NCBI GenBank assembly: GCA_043228905.1
Contig: JBHGNT010000223.1
Span: forward strand, 1-49,724
From: Azolla caroliniana
Taxonomy: Eukaryota > Plantae > Polypodiophyta
Length of the DNA stretch: 49,724 bases
Direction of reading: 5' to 3'
The position numbers and the translations under genes were made by a program. Below are positions 24,242-37,060 of this stretch, piece by piece. How positions within the stretch are numbered: the first letter of the stretch is position 1; the number at the start of each line of letters is the position of its first letter. The notes beneath the pieces are model-generated. The model saw only the letters and a list, made by a program, of their open reading frames with translations, did not search any database and was not told where the DNA came from.

Positions 24242-26340
24242 CTGATATTCCAAACTATTAGAATACTCCCGAAGCAAAAAAAAATCCTAAGCACCACATA
24301 TCTTCTAAGCTTTGTTGGCCATGCTTTAACATTTCTCATAAGCAACACCAACCATGCTCTTTGGCATCTCCTAAGAAACACCAACAATACTCAATTTCCA
24401 TGATAAAATTATGTGTCATGCTTTGAGAAGTTGAAAATGAACGTTTAACTTGAAGATAAACAAACGATGATTGTTTAGTAACATAGTCCTTTTTAACCAC
24501 AAGCTAAGCGAAAGAATTTGATGCATTTATCTTAGTAGCTTTAATGCTTTATATTAGTAATGAATAAATTGGTTATTGCATCATTGTTTAGCGCCTAAAT
24601 TGATATTATTGCAATGTTTGTTACAATGTTTGATAACATTATAGAAGTTACATAATCTTACGTGAAATGTTCTAGGGTTTTCTATGTCAAAAAGTTATTA
24701 TTCATTCTAAATCTATGTGAGGCATATATATCTTAAGCAAAATTGAGTAACATGTTATGATTTATTCTTTAACACAATAAACTCATTGTAATTGTAACGT
24801 TGATTTTGACCATAACTTTGATTTTAGAACAAATTATACAAAAAACATACGTTGAGGTACTTCTTACCATGTATTGTAACATTAAATACATGTTACCTAA
24901 TGTATCAATAACCCTAGGTTGGGAAGTATCTAGCCTTCTCACAAGGTATCTGTGATGGTTCAAAGGAGAGTAAGATTGGATTCACAAGAAAGCCGCACAC
25001 ACAAACATTAAGTGAAGTGGTTACAACTATATCATGAAGGCAGTTATGAAAGCTTGTAACAGCAGGATGAATAAATGGTTGTAACTACTACCTTGTGGGC
25101 AGATAGACCACAGATACCATGACGACAAGGGTCATGGCTATTGCGTCCCACATGCTTAATCCTAAAAGGCAACCTATTGGCAAGCAACTAAGGTAACATG
25201 CTACCAACTGTTCAACAACAAGAACCCTCAATTACTTACCCCATGTGCCAATGCAATAATGGATACAATCGTATTTGTATAAACATAATATGGTTTGAAC
25301 CCGCACCACAGTAAAGCTTGCATGTGAAGTTCAACACCTAAATTACAGAACCTGAGACATTAGAAATGCACGTTAACCTGGAGAAGAACATACCAATTAA
25401 GAATAGTCCACAACTAAAGTATGAGAAAAATCAAGATAATAGAATCATCTACTGCAGATTAGGATCAATTATCATAGTATTTTATAATTTAACACTTTGA
25501 GTGAGAAAAAGTACAAAAAATCAGAAAACTTAAAAATTATTATTGCTTGTACTATTTTGAACCAATCTTGAGACTTCCAACATATGATTTTATCAAGAAT
25601 TGAACACGATATCCAAGCTAAACATTCAATGAGTGGTGACAAACAACACCTTGTTACAATAATTGGTTGTATCATCCACTATCGACCAAATCTCTTTTAG
25701 CGCATCACATTATCTATGGCCCTTGGGCTAAGGGAAGTACATTCCACAGTTCAATGGCGTTAGCTATATTATTAGGTAGAGCTCTCAAGAATATGAACAA
25801 ACCATCTTCCAACACCTGAATTATCAATTATTTCACTAACAGAAGAACAAGACCTTTTTTGTATGTAACGTAACTATTCTATGTTACACATTGTCGCACG
25901 ATGTTCTTTCATCAAGTTTACTTATATTTAACTATTTATTTGCAGGATTGCCTCAGTTTGTGTCACAAAATAAATTCAAATAATATATTACATTGAAGAG
26001 AGATGTAGTTCAAGAAACATTCATGATCAAAATGGGTGTCAAAAGAAATTTAGGACTACCTAAACAAAATTCATGCAGTAATAGGAAGGGATATCAACAA
26101 GGTTCAGAAATTCTAACCAGCCTCGAAGGAACCCATGCCTCTTGTTCTTTATGAACCAAGAGAATCTGAAACCCTGGTTGAGAACAACTTTATCACACCA
26201 TCCCATAGTGTGAATAAGCTTTGGGAGTAATTGATGAGCCAAGGTTTCTTTCACAGCTGTTGGACTAAGAATCTTAGCTTCTATATTGTTCTGGGGCCAA
26301 TTTATATGATTCTTGTAACAAATGCACAAAAAATACATTT
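24242..26340 (-). pseudogene. Possible decayed multi-exon gene fragment of unknown family
   Basis: AG/GT-bounded segments at 24242-24370 (129 nt, EMPKSMVGVAYEKC*...LLREYSNSLEYQ), 25240-25377 (138 nt, GTAAG donor), about 25092-25161 and about 25650-25815, plus ORF 26060-26338. No family recognised. Confidence 0.3.
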
Positions 26341-27022
26341 GTAGTTTTTCTATTTACTATAAAAACAGGTTTGGTTTAGTACTAGATAAAAAAAATGTAT
26401 ATATAATAATAACAGATTTTTTTTAATAGCCAATGAAATTGTTAGTGTATTAAGTTGCATTATGTGAAAATTTACACTAGTTAGGAATTCACGCTACCTA
26501 CCTTTAATTTACATATAATTGTACCAAATCTTTAATGTTTTAGTCCAAAACCAATTGTTAATAAATAATGCAAGAAATTACAAGTTTTAAAATAATAGAG
26601 TTGCCCATCTCTACTAAAGTATTGGATGCATGGATGGACTTGCCAAAAGTGCACAACTTTCCAAAACTGTATACATAAAGACCAACAAGGGACATGTTTT
26701 TTTTTCGCATTCAACCAATATTATAAGCTAAGATTATTATGTATTTCCAATAGGAGCCTCACATTCCGGCTCAAGATCAATACTATAAGATATACCAACA
26801 TTCTAGGGGCCAATATATATGTAACGATACTTGCCCATAGTGACGAGGGGATTCCAAAAAACTTGTCCTGTTTTTGTGACCTACCAGTGACGTGTTCACA
26901 CAACCCTTAGGACAATTGAAACAACTCACTTAGGAAACCCTCTACAACCCACATAAGAGTCTAGCTCAATAAGATCATGCACAATGCCAATGCAAAGACA
27001 AAATACTCATATGAAGCCGCGT

Positions 27023-29120
27023 TGTCGCGTAACTACGCGTACGCGTAAGAAACGAAAGCGGGACCATGGGGGTCTTGGACCAAGGAGCGTGAGAGAAGGG
27101 CAAAAAGAAGCAAGAGAGAGAGAGAAGAAAGAAAGAAAGATATATTAACGTCTTTTAAGAGGCCAAAATGGCCTATAAGACCGAATAAGAGATTACATCT
27201 TAAATGTTTTCTCGTCTTTGAGAACAAATCAAAATAAAGTAAATATTACACAGTAAATATAAAAGTAAATAAGATGAAAAGAAAAGAGACGAGAGAATCT
27301 GGTTTTTGGAACATGCGAGATTCTCAAGTTAGGTATATTGTAGTTTTTGTCTCCGAAAGATCTCTATCATAGGTCGATCCAGAATGGAAATGTCTCCAAA
27401 GCGAGGGAAGCACCTACGATGGCGAGAGAGAGAAAGAGAAAGACCCTTAATCAATTAAAATAGATTATAACCGGCTCGCCGGTAACTGAGTCACAACTCA
27501 GTCAACAACACACACACACACACACACTAACGCCAAGATACAACGTAGAGCCTCTGTCGGGAGCACACGGGCTTCCTACACGAACAGAGGCATCCGGCAA
27601 AAGAGCTCCTGCAGAGAGTGTAGCAGAGAGCGGTGCCCGGTTCCCAGTCCGACATCACTTCCCCCTTCCCAAAACGAGGATCCCTTTTTCAGCCCGCTCT
27701 TCCTCTTTTTATAGGTCAAAGAGGGAGGGGCTGTTACATCACACAGTTACATGATAATCTATTCTCTGGCACTTCGGACAGAGATTCGTTTTGATTGGTT
27801 CACATATTAATTCTCGTATATTAAAGCTCTCCCCTCACGCCGACCTAGCCAAGTCTTAGATTATGTACAAGTTTGTTTACAATGTCCGCACATCCACGCA
27901 AGCGGCTGTACACACGCCCACGCCCACGCCCCCGTTTCACCTCTTAGCCGGTTTTCCTCACGACATCCACCCCCACCAAACCGCACATCCACCGATATGT
28001 GCCGAAAGAGAGAGTGAGAGAGAGAGAAAATTGGTCGCTGTCATTCGTCGTTCTCCGATTCGGCGACCTCCTCGTCTTTGTCCGCCCTTCCCGGGTCGTC
28101 ATTTTCGTCCGCGCACTCTGGGTTCGGCTCATCCTCGTACCGCTTCTTGAACCCTTTGACCCGCTTGCCCACGACCGGTACCGCCATCCGTGTTCCATCG
28201 AGCTCCGCTAGATGGTATGTGCCGTTGTCGTTCGCGCTTGTCACCCCCTAACGCCCGAACCACCTCTTTGCAAATTTCCGCATCGCCTTGTGCTGGTTGT
28301 CGAGGCTGCTATCGTAAACCATCACCCAATCGCCTTCCTCGATCTTCTTCGGTCTCAACCGGTGTCCGGTCGAACCAACCTTTGTTCTTCTCTCGAGCCG
28401 CGTACAATTTCGCCTTCGCCCGCTCCACGTCTTCCGGTCTTTGCTCGAGTTGTCGCATCTGCGCCGCCAATAGCTCCTCTCGACTTATTTCGTCCGCTTG
28501 CTCGATTGCTGCCCACGAGGAGATCGTCCACTCCATCGGCATGATCGGCTTTTGCCCGTACATGAGCTCACCCGACATAAACCCGATCACCGAACTGTGC
28601 TTGGTTTGGTCCGCCCACAACGCATAAGGGAGGAGCCGCGACCAATTCCCGACTTGCCCCTAACACGCCCGCACTAACGCCTTCACAATTGGCCCGTGTC
28701 CATGTTCCACCTTCCCGTTTGCCTCCAAATTGTATGCCATAGTGAGAGAGAGTTTTACCCCTAACCGGCCGAACAACTCTTCAGCCTCATGCGCATCCAA
28801 CTCTCCTCGGTCAGCCACGATCTTCCCTACTCACCCATATCGGCAGACCACCTCTTCGATCAAGAACTGGCACGCAGTCGCGGTCGTTTTGTTCTACAGT
28901 GCTCGGCCCTCTACCTGGTTCGTCAAGTCCTCTCGCGCAAGCACCAAGTACCACATCTGTCCCACTCCCATCGGCATCATTACTAAATCCACCATCCACG
29001 CCGACCTAGCCTAGTCTTAGATTATGTACAAGTTTATTTACAATGTCCGCGCATCCACGCATGCGGCTGTACACACGCCCACGCACCTATTTCACCTCGT
29101 TATCGGTTTTCCTCACGACA
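27023..29120 (-). mobile_element. Ty3/Gypsy LTR retrotransposon, internally deleted, 4-bp TSD GCGT
   Basis: 3' LTR 27023-27965 (TGTCGCG...CACGACA). PPT-like tccaccccccacc at 27966-27978. Integrase at about 28040-29000 (VDLV..YLVLAREDLTNQVEGRAL..ADRGELD..EANGKVEHGHGPIVKAL..YALWAD..GTYHLAELDG, with stops). 5' LTR remnant at 28997-29120. GCGT at 27019-27022 and 29121-29124. Confidence 0.85.
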
Positions 29121-30844
29121 GCGTGCAAAAGTAGGTTAGTTGTTTATTCTTGTGCATATTTCTTATAAAAAAATATTTATATCGATAAAACAAATGTAAT
29201 AGATGAATATATCCATATGTGACATGTACACATAAATACTTATATGCTACAGAGGCAGATTTTCACTCTTTTAGGACTATCTTGCATAGATATTGTAGAG
29301 TGCTTCAGTTGGGTCTAAATCTTCTTGCCATTCCGACTAAGATCATTTATGAATGTGATGAGAGTACCTTATTCTCACCGAAGAACGGGAATGGACAGGG
29401 ATGGGGATGCTTCTACTCTTCGTTTAATGATGAAAGGTAATCCCAATGACTTATCGTTCGAGTTAGTTTCTGTTTTGTTACAGGAAGATCCGTCAAGGCA
29501 AAACAGGTCTATTATGCGTGTTGCAGATCAAGCTTTCCTAGCTAGTCAGAAAGGCAAAGGTAAATGGAACTCATCTGTTAGCAAACAAAGATTTGCTAAT
29601 ACTTCACAAATGAATGAAAGAAAACAAGAGCAGAAACAAAAAACTGTTTCGTAAATATTGTAAAGCAATTGATCATATTATAAAGAATTGTTCAAAATTG
29701 ATTGCAAAAGAGGGAGGACTGGTTGTTGCAAAAGTCTCTACACCAAAAACAGAGTCTACAAATCTTGTGTTGAATGAAGAATGGGTTATTTACTACTGTT
29801 TGCAGTTTTGATCCATCTTCACTTGAATAATGTATCTCTGTTGTAGAATCAAATGTTTGGTACTTCGACAGTGGGGCAACCAAACATATTTACCTCGTAA
29901 CACAATTTCTTCACTTCATTGGAGCCTACAAGGAATATTGTCACATGCGCCAACAACTCATCGTATCCAGTTATGGGTGTTGGTAATATTATTTTGACTA
30001 CTACTGATGGTAGATCTTTCACCTTGTCAAATGCTTTATTTGTGCCAGGGATCAAGAAAAATCTGTTGTCAGTATTAGCATTAGCCGAGATTGGCTTGGT
30101 TGTTAAATTTGTTGATGACAGGCGTACAGTTTATGATATGTCCAATGGGGATGTTATTATTGCTTCTGGTGTTTTATCTCGTGGGTTGTATAAGCTCGTA
30201 GATTATGAAAGTTCTATAAATGATTCAGCCTGTACAATACAAAATTCTCAGGCTATTTCAGATGCAAAGATTTGCATGCACGCTTTGGTCATCTGAATTT
30301 TGTAAGTTTGCTTCGCTTGCAAAAATCTGAAATGGTGTCCTCCTTGCCCAAACTTGAGACACCTCGGAACCATGTTTGTGAAGGCTGTATTTTGGGCAAA
30401 ATGCAGCGTTTATCATTTCCAAAATATGGTTCAGTTAGAGCTTCACCGAAATTGCAACTTGTTCATAGTGATGTTTGTGTCCTATGCAGACACATTCTCT
30501 TGGGAGCTATCTTTACTTCGTGACTTTCATTGATGACTTTTCCAGGCATGCTTGGGTATATCCATTGAAAGATGAGTCCGAAGTGTTTCTGTGCTTCAAC
30601 CAGTTTCTAGCTTTGGCTGAAAATCTATCCACATGTTAAATGGGCACCCTATGTTCTGATCACGGGGGGGAGTATATGTCTTCTAAGTTTAATGCATAAA
30701 ACATCAATGTACAATGTCGTATACACCTCAATAGAATGGAGTTGTTGAAAGAAACAAAAGGTCACTCATGGAAATGGCGAGGTGTATGGTCAAAAGTCAA
30801 GCTTTACCGCATAGTTTCTGGCTTGAGGCTGTCACGTGTGCAAC

Positions 30845-31231
30845 CATAGTTCCTAATATTCGCGTACGTCCAGTAAATTGGACGTACGCGAACGTTTGCA
30901 AACGTACACGTATGATACGCGATATTCGTTTGGCTTTTTTTTTTTTTTTGACTTTTTTTTGGTTTTTTTAATTTTTGATATTCATAATATTTTGTGAATA
31001 GAAGTGACATCTGACACACATACACACACTCTCTCTCTCTCTCTCTCTCACACGAGAACTGACAGATTTTCTCTCTCTACAAAATCTAGATATCTAATAT
31101 ACATATTAGATACTCCCTCACACAGACAAAACCCATAGCTCCTCTCTCTCTCTCTCTCTCTAGAGTCTAGATATACACTCAATCACTGTCTCCTCACACA
31201 TGCAAAACAAGGCTTCTCTCTCTAGACCACA

Positions 31232-31270
<39 letters not shown>

Positions 31271-31435
31271 CCTCACACACACACACTATGTACACCATAT
31301 ACACCATATGTATATATAATATATCTATGTACCACGTATGGATTTCAATCATACTTGGAGCCTTTTCACGTATGAGTATGATACGAATATTGGCGTTTGA
31401 GTATGACACGAAAGAGACGTATGGCTAGAACTATG
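30845..31435 (+). mobile_element. hAT-type MITE, 591 bp, inserted in the Copia integrase
   Basis: TIR CATAGTTC...GAACTATG with an 8-bp TSD TGTGCAAC (30837-30844 and 31436-31443). A near-identical inverted copy lies at 41922-42503. Confidence 0.93.
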
Positions 31436-32161
31436 TGTGCAACATATGTACTCAACAAGTGTCCCACTAATTCATTGAACTCTATCACTCCATATGAGGC
31501 TTGGCATGGCCGAAAGCCATATGTTGCTCATCTGCATGTTTTCAGTTGTTTGGCATATGCATTAGTGCCTAAACAACAACGCAAAAAATTAGATGATAAG
31601 GAAATGAAATGTATTTTCATAGGTTACGGTTCTGAAAGTAAAGGTTGTCATCTGTATCATCCACAATCTAAACGCATTCTAGTTTGTCGTGATGTTTTTG
31701 TGGAGGATGCAATTCAGCCACTTCTTTCATGTACTAAGGAGACATCAATTAGCTCCAAAGATGTGTATGAAACTTTGTTGCCTCTTTTTACAATTGGACA
31801 GTTAAGTGTTGGCCCACTTGAGGCACCTTCTCAACCTTTGGAAGCTACTCATAATGCAATTGCAGCTCATCATGGTTGGAATGTACATCAATTGGACATA
31901 AAAACAACATTTCTAGATGGTGATCTTCATGAGGAAGTGTGTGTATCTCAACCCCGTGGTTTTGTGCTAAAAGGGCATGAACACAAAGTGTGCAGGTTGA
32001 GAAAGGCATCATATGGCTTGAAGCAAGCACCACGTTCTTAGTATGAAAAGATACATACCCATTTGATTGCATTTGGGTTTGATAATAGTCCAACTGAAGG
32101 CACCTTATATGTTTGAGTATGAAAAGATACATGCCAATTTGATTGCATTTGGGTTTGAGTA

Positions 32162-32625
32162 TGATCCGGAGGTGGAGGTGTGGACCGGGAAGTGTTAAGG
32201 CCGGACGGATAATATTAATATAGATAATTATTATTAAGGAAAAGATGGATCCGGATAGTTGTACCGATCCGAATCCACACCAATTAGTAGCCGGTAGCCG
32301 GTAGGCACCGTTTTGTAACACCGGATGCTTATAAAAGGATACGTATTGATGTATATTTCACGGAAGTAATGCAAGTTTAAGTATTGTTGTCTATTCTATT
32401 GTCTGTATCATCTTGTGTACTTGTCTGTGCGTTAAATCGTTATCTTACACGTGTAATTAATTGCCGAATACATTGCGAGTATTCCGGAGAGTGTTCTGAA
32501 AAGTAGCCAGATAGTGATAAGTGTCGGATTGAAGAATCATCATCCATATCTCCAACCACCCCTTTGGAGGTGTATTCTGGAGGGGATACCCTGTGTTAGC
32601 GACTAAGTCCAACCCAAGAGTAACA
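32162..32625. mobile_element. LTR-like fragment inserted in the Copia RT
   Basis: Non-coding block with a TATA-like tataaaagg and a ...GTAACA end, interrupting the RT frame. No TSD found. Confidence 0.5.
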
Positions 32626-33799
32626 TCCTCTTTTGAGATGTCAGATTTGGGACATTTGCATCATTATTTGGGCATTCAATTTATGCAAGTTGATGGTGGA
32701 ATAGCTTTGTGTCAATCGAAATACATTGACACATTATTGCAACGTTTTGGCCTTGAAAACTGTAAACCTATTGCCACTCCCATGGAGACAGGTTTACGTT
32801 TGAGCCTTCATGATGTTGGAGATGCATTTGATGTTGTTCTCTATCAGCAAACAGTTGGATGCTTGATTTACATAAGCATAACCTGACCTGATATTCAGTT
32901 TGTTGTCTCTCAAATGAGCAAGTTTATGCATTGCCCAAGAGTTAAGCATTGGAAGACAGTTAAGCGCATCTTTCACTATTTGAGTGGTACCCGGTCACTT
33001 GGGTCGTTTTATCCCAAGGGAGGATCACTACCGCTAGACCTGCATGCTTTTTTCTAGCTTTCATTGGGCTGGTTGTTCTGACACTCGTGTGTCCACAAGT
33101 GGTTTTTGCTTCATGCTTGGTAGCTCGTGCATATCTTGGTTGAGCAAGAATCAGCCTACTATAGCCACTTCCAATTGTGATGCTGAGTATAGGGCAGCTT
33201 TCATAGCTACAGTTGAGTGTGTGTAGCTCATACGCCTTTTAGCTTATTTGGGTGTTGGTCAATCTTCTACCACCTCCATCTTCACTGACAGTCATAGCGC
33301 AATGGTAGTTAAGAGGAACCTTGTATTCCATGCTCGCACTAAGCACATTGAGGTGCATTATCACTATGATAGGGAAAGGTTCTCTACTAGAGAGATCAGT
33401 TTTGCTTATTTGCCCACACAGGAGAACATTGCAGACCTCTTCACAAAGGCTCTGCCTAGGGAGAAGTTTGAAGCTTTCCGCAAAGCTTTAGGCCTAATCC
33501 CATTTGTGGATTGATCTCTATCTACATAGCTTGGCACTTGCTTAGCCATGAGTGTCAACTCCTTGTTCACCACATCACTCCCAAGGGGGATTTGTTGACA
33601 TATTTCGGTAGTGATGTGTGTGAAGACACTTAGGACAATGTTGCGTGAACACACTTAAGATAGTGATGTGTGTGAACACACTTAGGACAACAAGGGCATT
33701 TTTTCCCTCTTTAGGAGGTTTTTTCCCCCTATCTATAAATACTCTCATAACCCTAAAGTGGGAAAGTTTCTTTTTGTGATTCAAACCAAGAAACCAACA

Positions 33800-35856
33800 A
33801 AACAACCCAAAACACGCAGATGAGCAACAAATAGCTTTTGGCCATGCCAAGCCTCATATGGAGTGATGGCGTGCAATGCTTTAGTGGGACACCTATTAAG
33901 TACATATGTTGCACACATGACAGCCTCAAGCCAGAAATTATGTGGTAAAGCTTGACTTTTGACCATACACCTCCCCATTTCCATGAGTGACCCGTTCTTT
34001 CTTTCAACAACTCCATTCTATTGAGGTGTATACGGACGGCACTGTACACTGATGTTTTATCCCATGTTCACCCAAAAATGCATTAAACTCCGAAGACATA
34101 TACTCCCCCCCTCAATCAGAACGAACGGTGCCCATTTTACATACTGACAGATTTTCGGCCAAAGTTAGAAATTGTTTGAAGCACAAAAACACTTTGGACT
34201 CATCCTTCAATGGATATACCCAAGCATGCCTAGAAAAGTCATCAATGAAAGTCACGAAGTAAAGATAGTTCCCAAGAGAATGTGTTTGCATAGGACCACA
34301 ATCATCACTATGAACAAATTGAAATTTTCGCATAGCTCTGACTAAACCATCTTTTATAAAGGATGAGCGTTGCATTTTGCCCAAAATACAACCTTCACAA
34401 ACATGCTTCCGAGGTGTCTCAAGTTTGGGCAAGGAGGACACCATTTCAGATTTCTGCAAGCATGCCTAGAAAAGTCATCAATGAAAGTCACGAAGTAAAG
34501 ATAGTTCCCAAGAGAATGTGTTTGCATAGGACCACAATCATCACTATGAACAAATTGCAATTTTCGCGTAGCTCTGACTAAACCATCTTTTATAAAGGAT
34601 GAGCGTTGCATTTTGCCCAAAATACAACCTTCACAAACATGCTTCCGAGGTGTCTCAAGTTTGGGCAAGGAGGACACCATTTCAGATTTCTGCAAGCGAA
34701 GCAAACTTACAAAATTCAGATGACCAAAGCGTGCATGCAAATCTTTGCATCTGAAATAGCCTGAGAATTTTGTATTGTACAGGCTGAATCAAAGGAACAA
34801 TTAATTTCGTAAGAAAGCTTTCTTTGATTTTCGTAAGAAAGCTCTCCATAAAATCACCTTCGTTCATGTGCTAACTCTCTAACTGTTTTCGGAGATAATA
34901 AACACAAGCCTCATTTCGTGCCTGGTACAAGGTGGTAAGAGAATCTCAAGCATCCTTTGTTGTCTTGCAAGAGCAAATATGGAGAATAATGGCACGTTTC
35001 ACAGACAAAGCTATCACAGCATGTGCCTGAGCATCTCTGCCATCCCAACAAAATTGCTCTGCATTTTGTACAACAAAAACTGCAACATGAGCATGAGTAG
35101 GATGACCAACACCCTCGACAGAATCGGTACCATCAACATTTGTGTTCTCAACAACAAGACGTTTTTTAACCCCTTGAACCACATTCTACAACCCCTTTGT
35201 TACTAATACATGGCGCATTATATAAGCCCACAGAGGGTAATTTGTTCCATCCAATTTGTCGTCAACAGCAAGCATCTAAAATACATCATTGCTCTCAGCC
35301 ATGGCCGTTGACTGAACACATTTTGATGCAAAAAATGTACTTGAATGAATAAAAATGAATAACGTACCTTTTTGACTTAGAAGATGAACCAGCGAAGAGA
35401 AAAGGAAGCAAATCTGATTTTTGTGCACCAACCGCACAAAAGAGGGTTGTAGGAATGTCGTAGAAGACTCAAGGAGGCTTTTTGTAGGATTGAATCGGCT
35501 TAGAAACAGAAAAAAAACACAACGGAAACTGTGCAGAAGAAGAAAACACGCAGAAATTTGTTTTGCAACAACAAAAAAATGCCACCACAGATGTGTAGAC
35601 TGCGTATGAGAGTTGTCACCTTACTATTCGCTAGTTCCATTACTGCTCAAACGTCACTTAGTTGCTCTGATACCACTTTTGGGTTCTTGTTTTGAATCAC
35701 AAAAAAAACTTAACCACTTTAGGGTTATGAGAGTATTTATAAACAAGGGGAAAAAACCTCCTAAAGAGGGAAAAAAATGCCCCTATTATCCTAAGTGTGT
35801 TCACACAGCATTGTCCTAAGTGCGTTCACACACATCACTACCGAAATATGTCAACA
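33800..35856 (-). mobile_element. Second Copia element of the same family, inverted, 3'-truncated and internally deleted
   Basis: 5' LTR 35856-35678 matches the reverse complement of 33593-33799. PBS TGGTATCAGAGC (tRNA-iMet) at 35675-35664. Gag start near 35303. Integrase ends at ...AHLRVLGC directly against the LTR at 33799. Confidence 0.9.
34221..34692. repeat. 236-bp tandem duplication inside the Copia integrase
   Basis: Units 34221-34456 and 34457-34692, with CAAGC microhomology at the junctions. Confidence 0.9.
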
Positions 35857-36539
35857 CATAAATGCAATAAGCACATTTGCCCTGATCACTTTGGAAAAAG
35901 GCATTTCGAACACATGGACCATGCACCTGATTGTGCATATCAATATGATAGGGAACACTCTCCAACCAAGGATGTAAACAAAGATAATCTCACAATACTC
36001 AATTGTAATGACTAAATGTATCCCATATAATGCACTAGATTCTGAAATCTACCATGGGAGGCTATATGCTCTTTCCTTGTAACCTAGAGCCCATGATTTG
36101 TGCACGAAGGGATGTTGAAAATTTCAAGAGATTCAATTGGCCAAATTTTGTGTAATTGGTTAAAAGTCACAACCCTCAAGTTTAGTTACTCGTAAAATTG
36201 CATAAGGTAAACATGTTAAGGTGAGGATCACAAAACTCAAGGTTACTCCTGAAAGCCATTCAAGGTTTAGGATAATTGCATGAGATCATCAAATTGCTCA
36301 TAAGGTATATTATATATATACAAGAGGTTTAATGGTGGTGTTCAAGATTGAACCTGGTTGGTTAATCCACACGTTGACGTCACTCTACAAGAAAATAGCG
36401 CCATGAAAGGATTTTAGAACATTCCCTCGATTAAATGGTGGTGGTCATCACACAAAACCCATAATTGCAAGGTTGATTTACTCCTAGTAGGACAACTCCA
36501 AGAAAGCTTGATTCTTCTAACTCACATGAACACTTGTAT

Positions 36540-37060
36540 GAAGTTGTATCCATCGTCATATTCTCAACTATTTGATTGTAATGAAGCATTGTTTGCTTGT
36601 TGATACAATCCTCTACCTTTTCCGTTCGCATCATGTTGTTTCTTTCTACACTGACGTTCAATATGACCTGATTTATTGCAATATCTACAAATGGTTGCAG
36701 ACATGGTGATTGTTCATAATCCTCCTTGAGAAGGCTTACTCCTTGGATGATACTTCTAGGATGCCTTCGACTTGTCGTAATTGCCTTTGTAATGACTCAC
36801 GAATGTTGCCATTGCCATGTGACTTGCCCCTGTTTGACCAATTGGTTTCTTTCTTCGTGTTTATCTTACTTAATTTTCGCAATCCAGGTTTGAAGATTGA
36901 GGTCCTTCTTACAAAGATTCACAAATATGATCCATGATTCACATTTTGATGTTTTGTCAATAGTGTTACCTGCTGAGATTGTTGCATCTAGTTGTCTTTT
37001 CCAAATGTTTCTAAAAGTGTTTGGTGGTTAACCTTGATGCATCTCCATGTTCATTAGAGT
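36540..37060 (-). mobile_element. Old retrotransposon gag remnant (Copia-like)
   Basis: CCHC zinc knuckle CRYCNKSGHIERQC encoded at 36689-36648, in broken surrounding frames. Confidence 0.7.

Larger units (their letters stand above)
29410..33799 (+). mobile_element. Ty1/Copia LTR retrotransposon, degenerate and 5'-truncated
   Basis: Contains gag end with a degenerate Zn knuckle, protease WYFDSGATKH (about 29858), HARFGHLN/CEGCILGK, integrase HSDVC/TFIDDFSR, RT HQLDIKTTFL..YGLKQAPR and RNase H FHARTKHIEVHYH..ADLFTKAL (stop 33514). PPT aaggggga at about 33583-33590; 3' LTR 33593-33799 (TG...CA). Confidence 0.92.
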
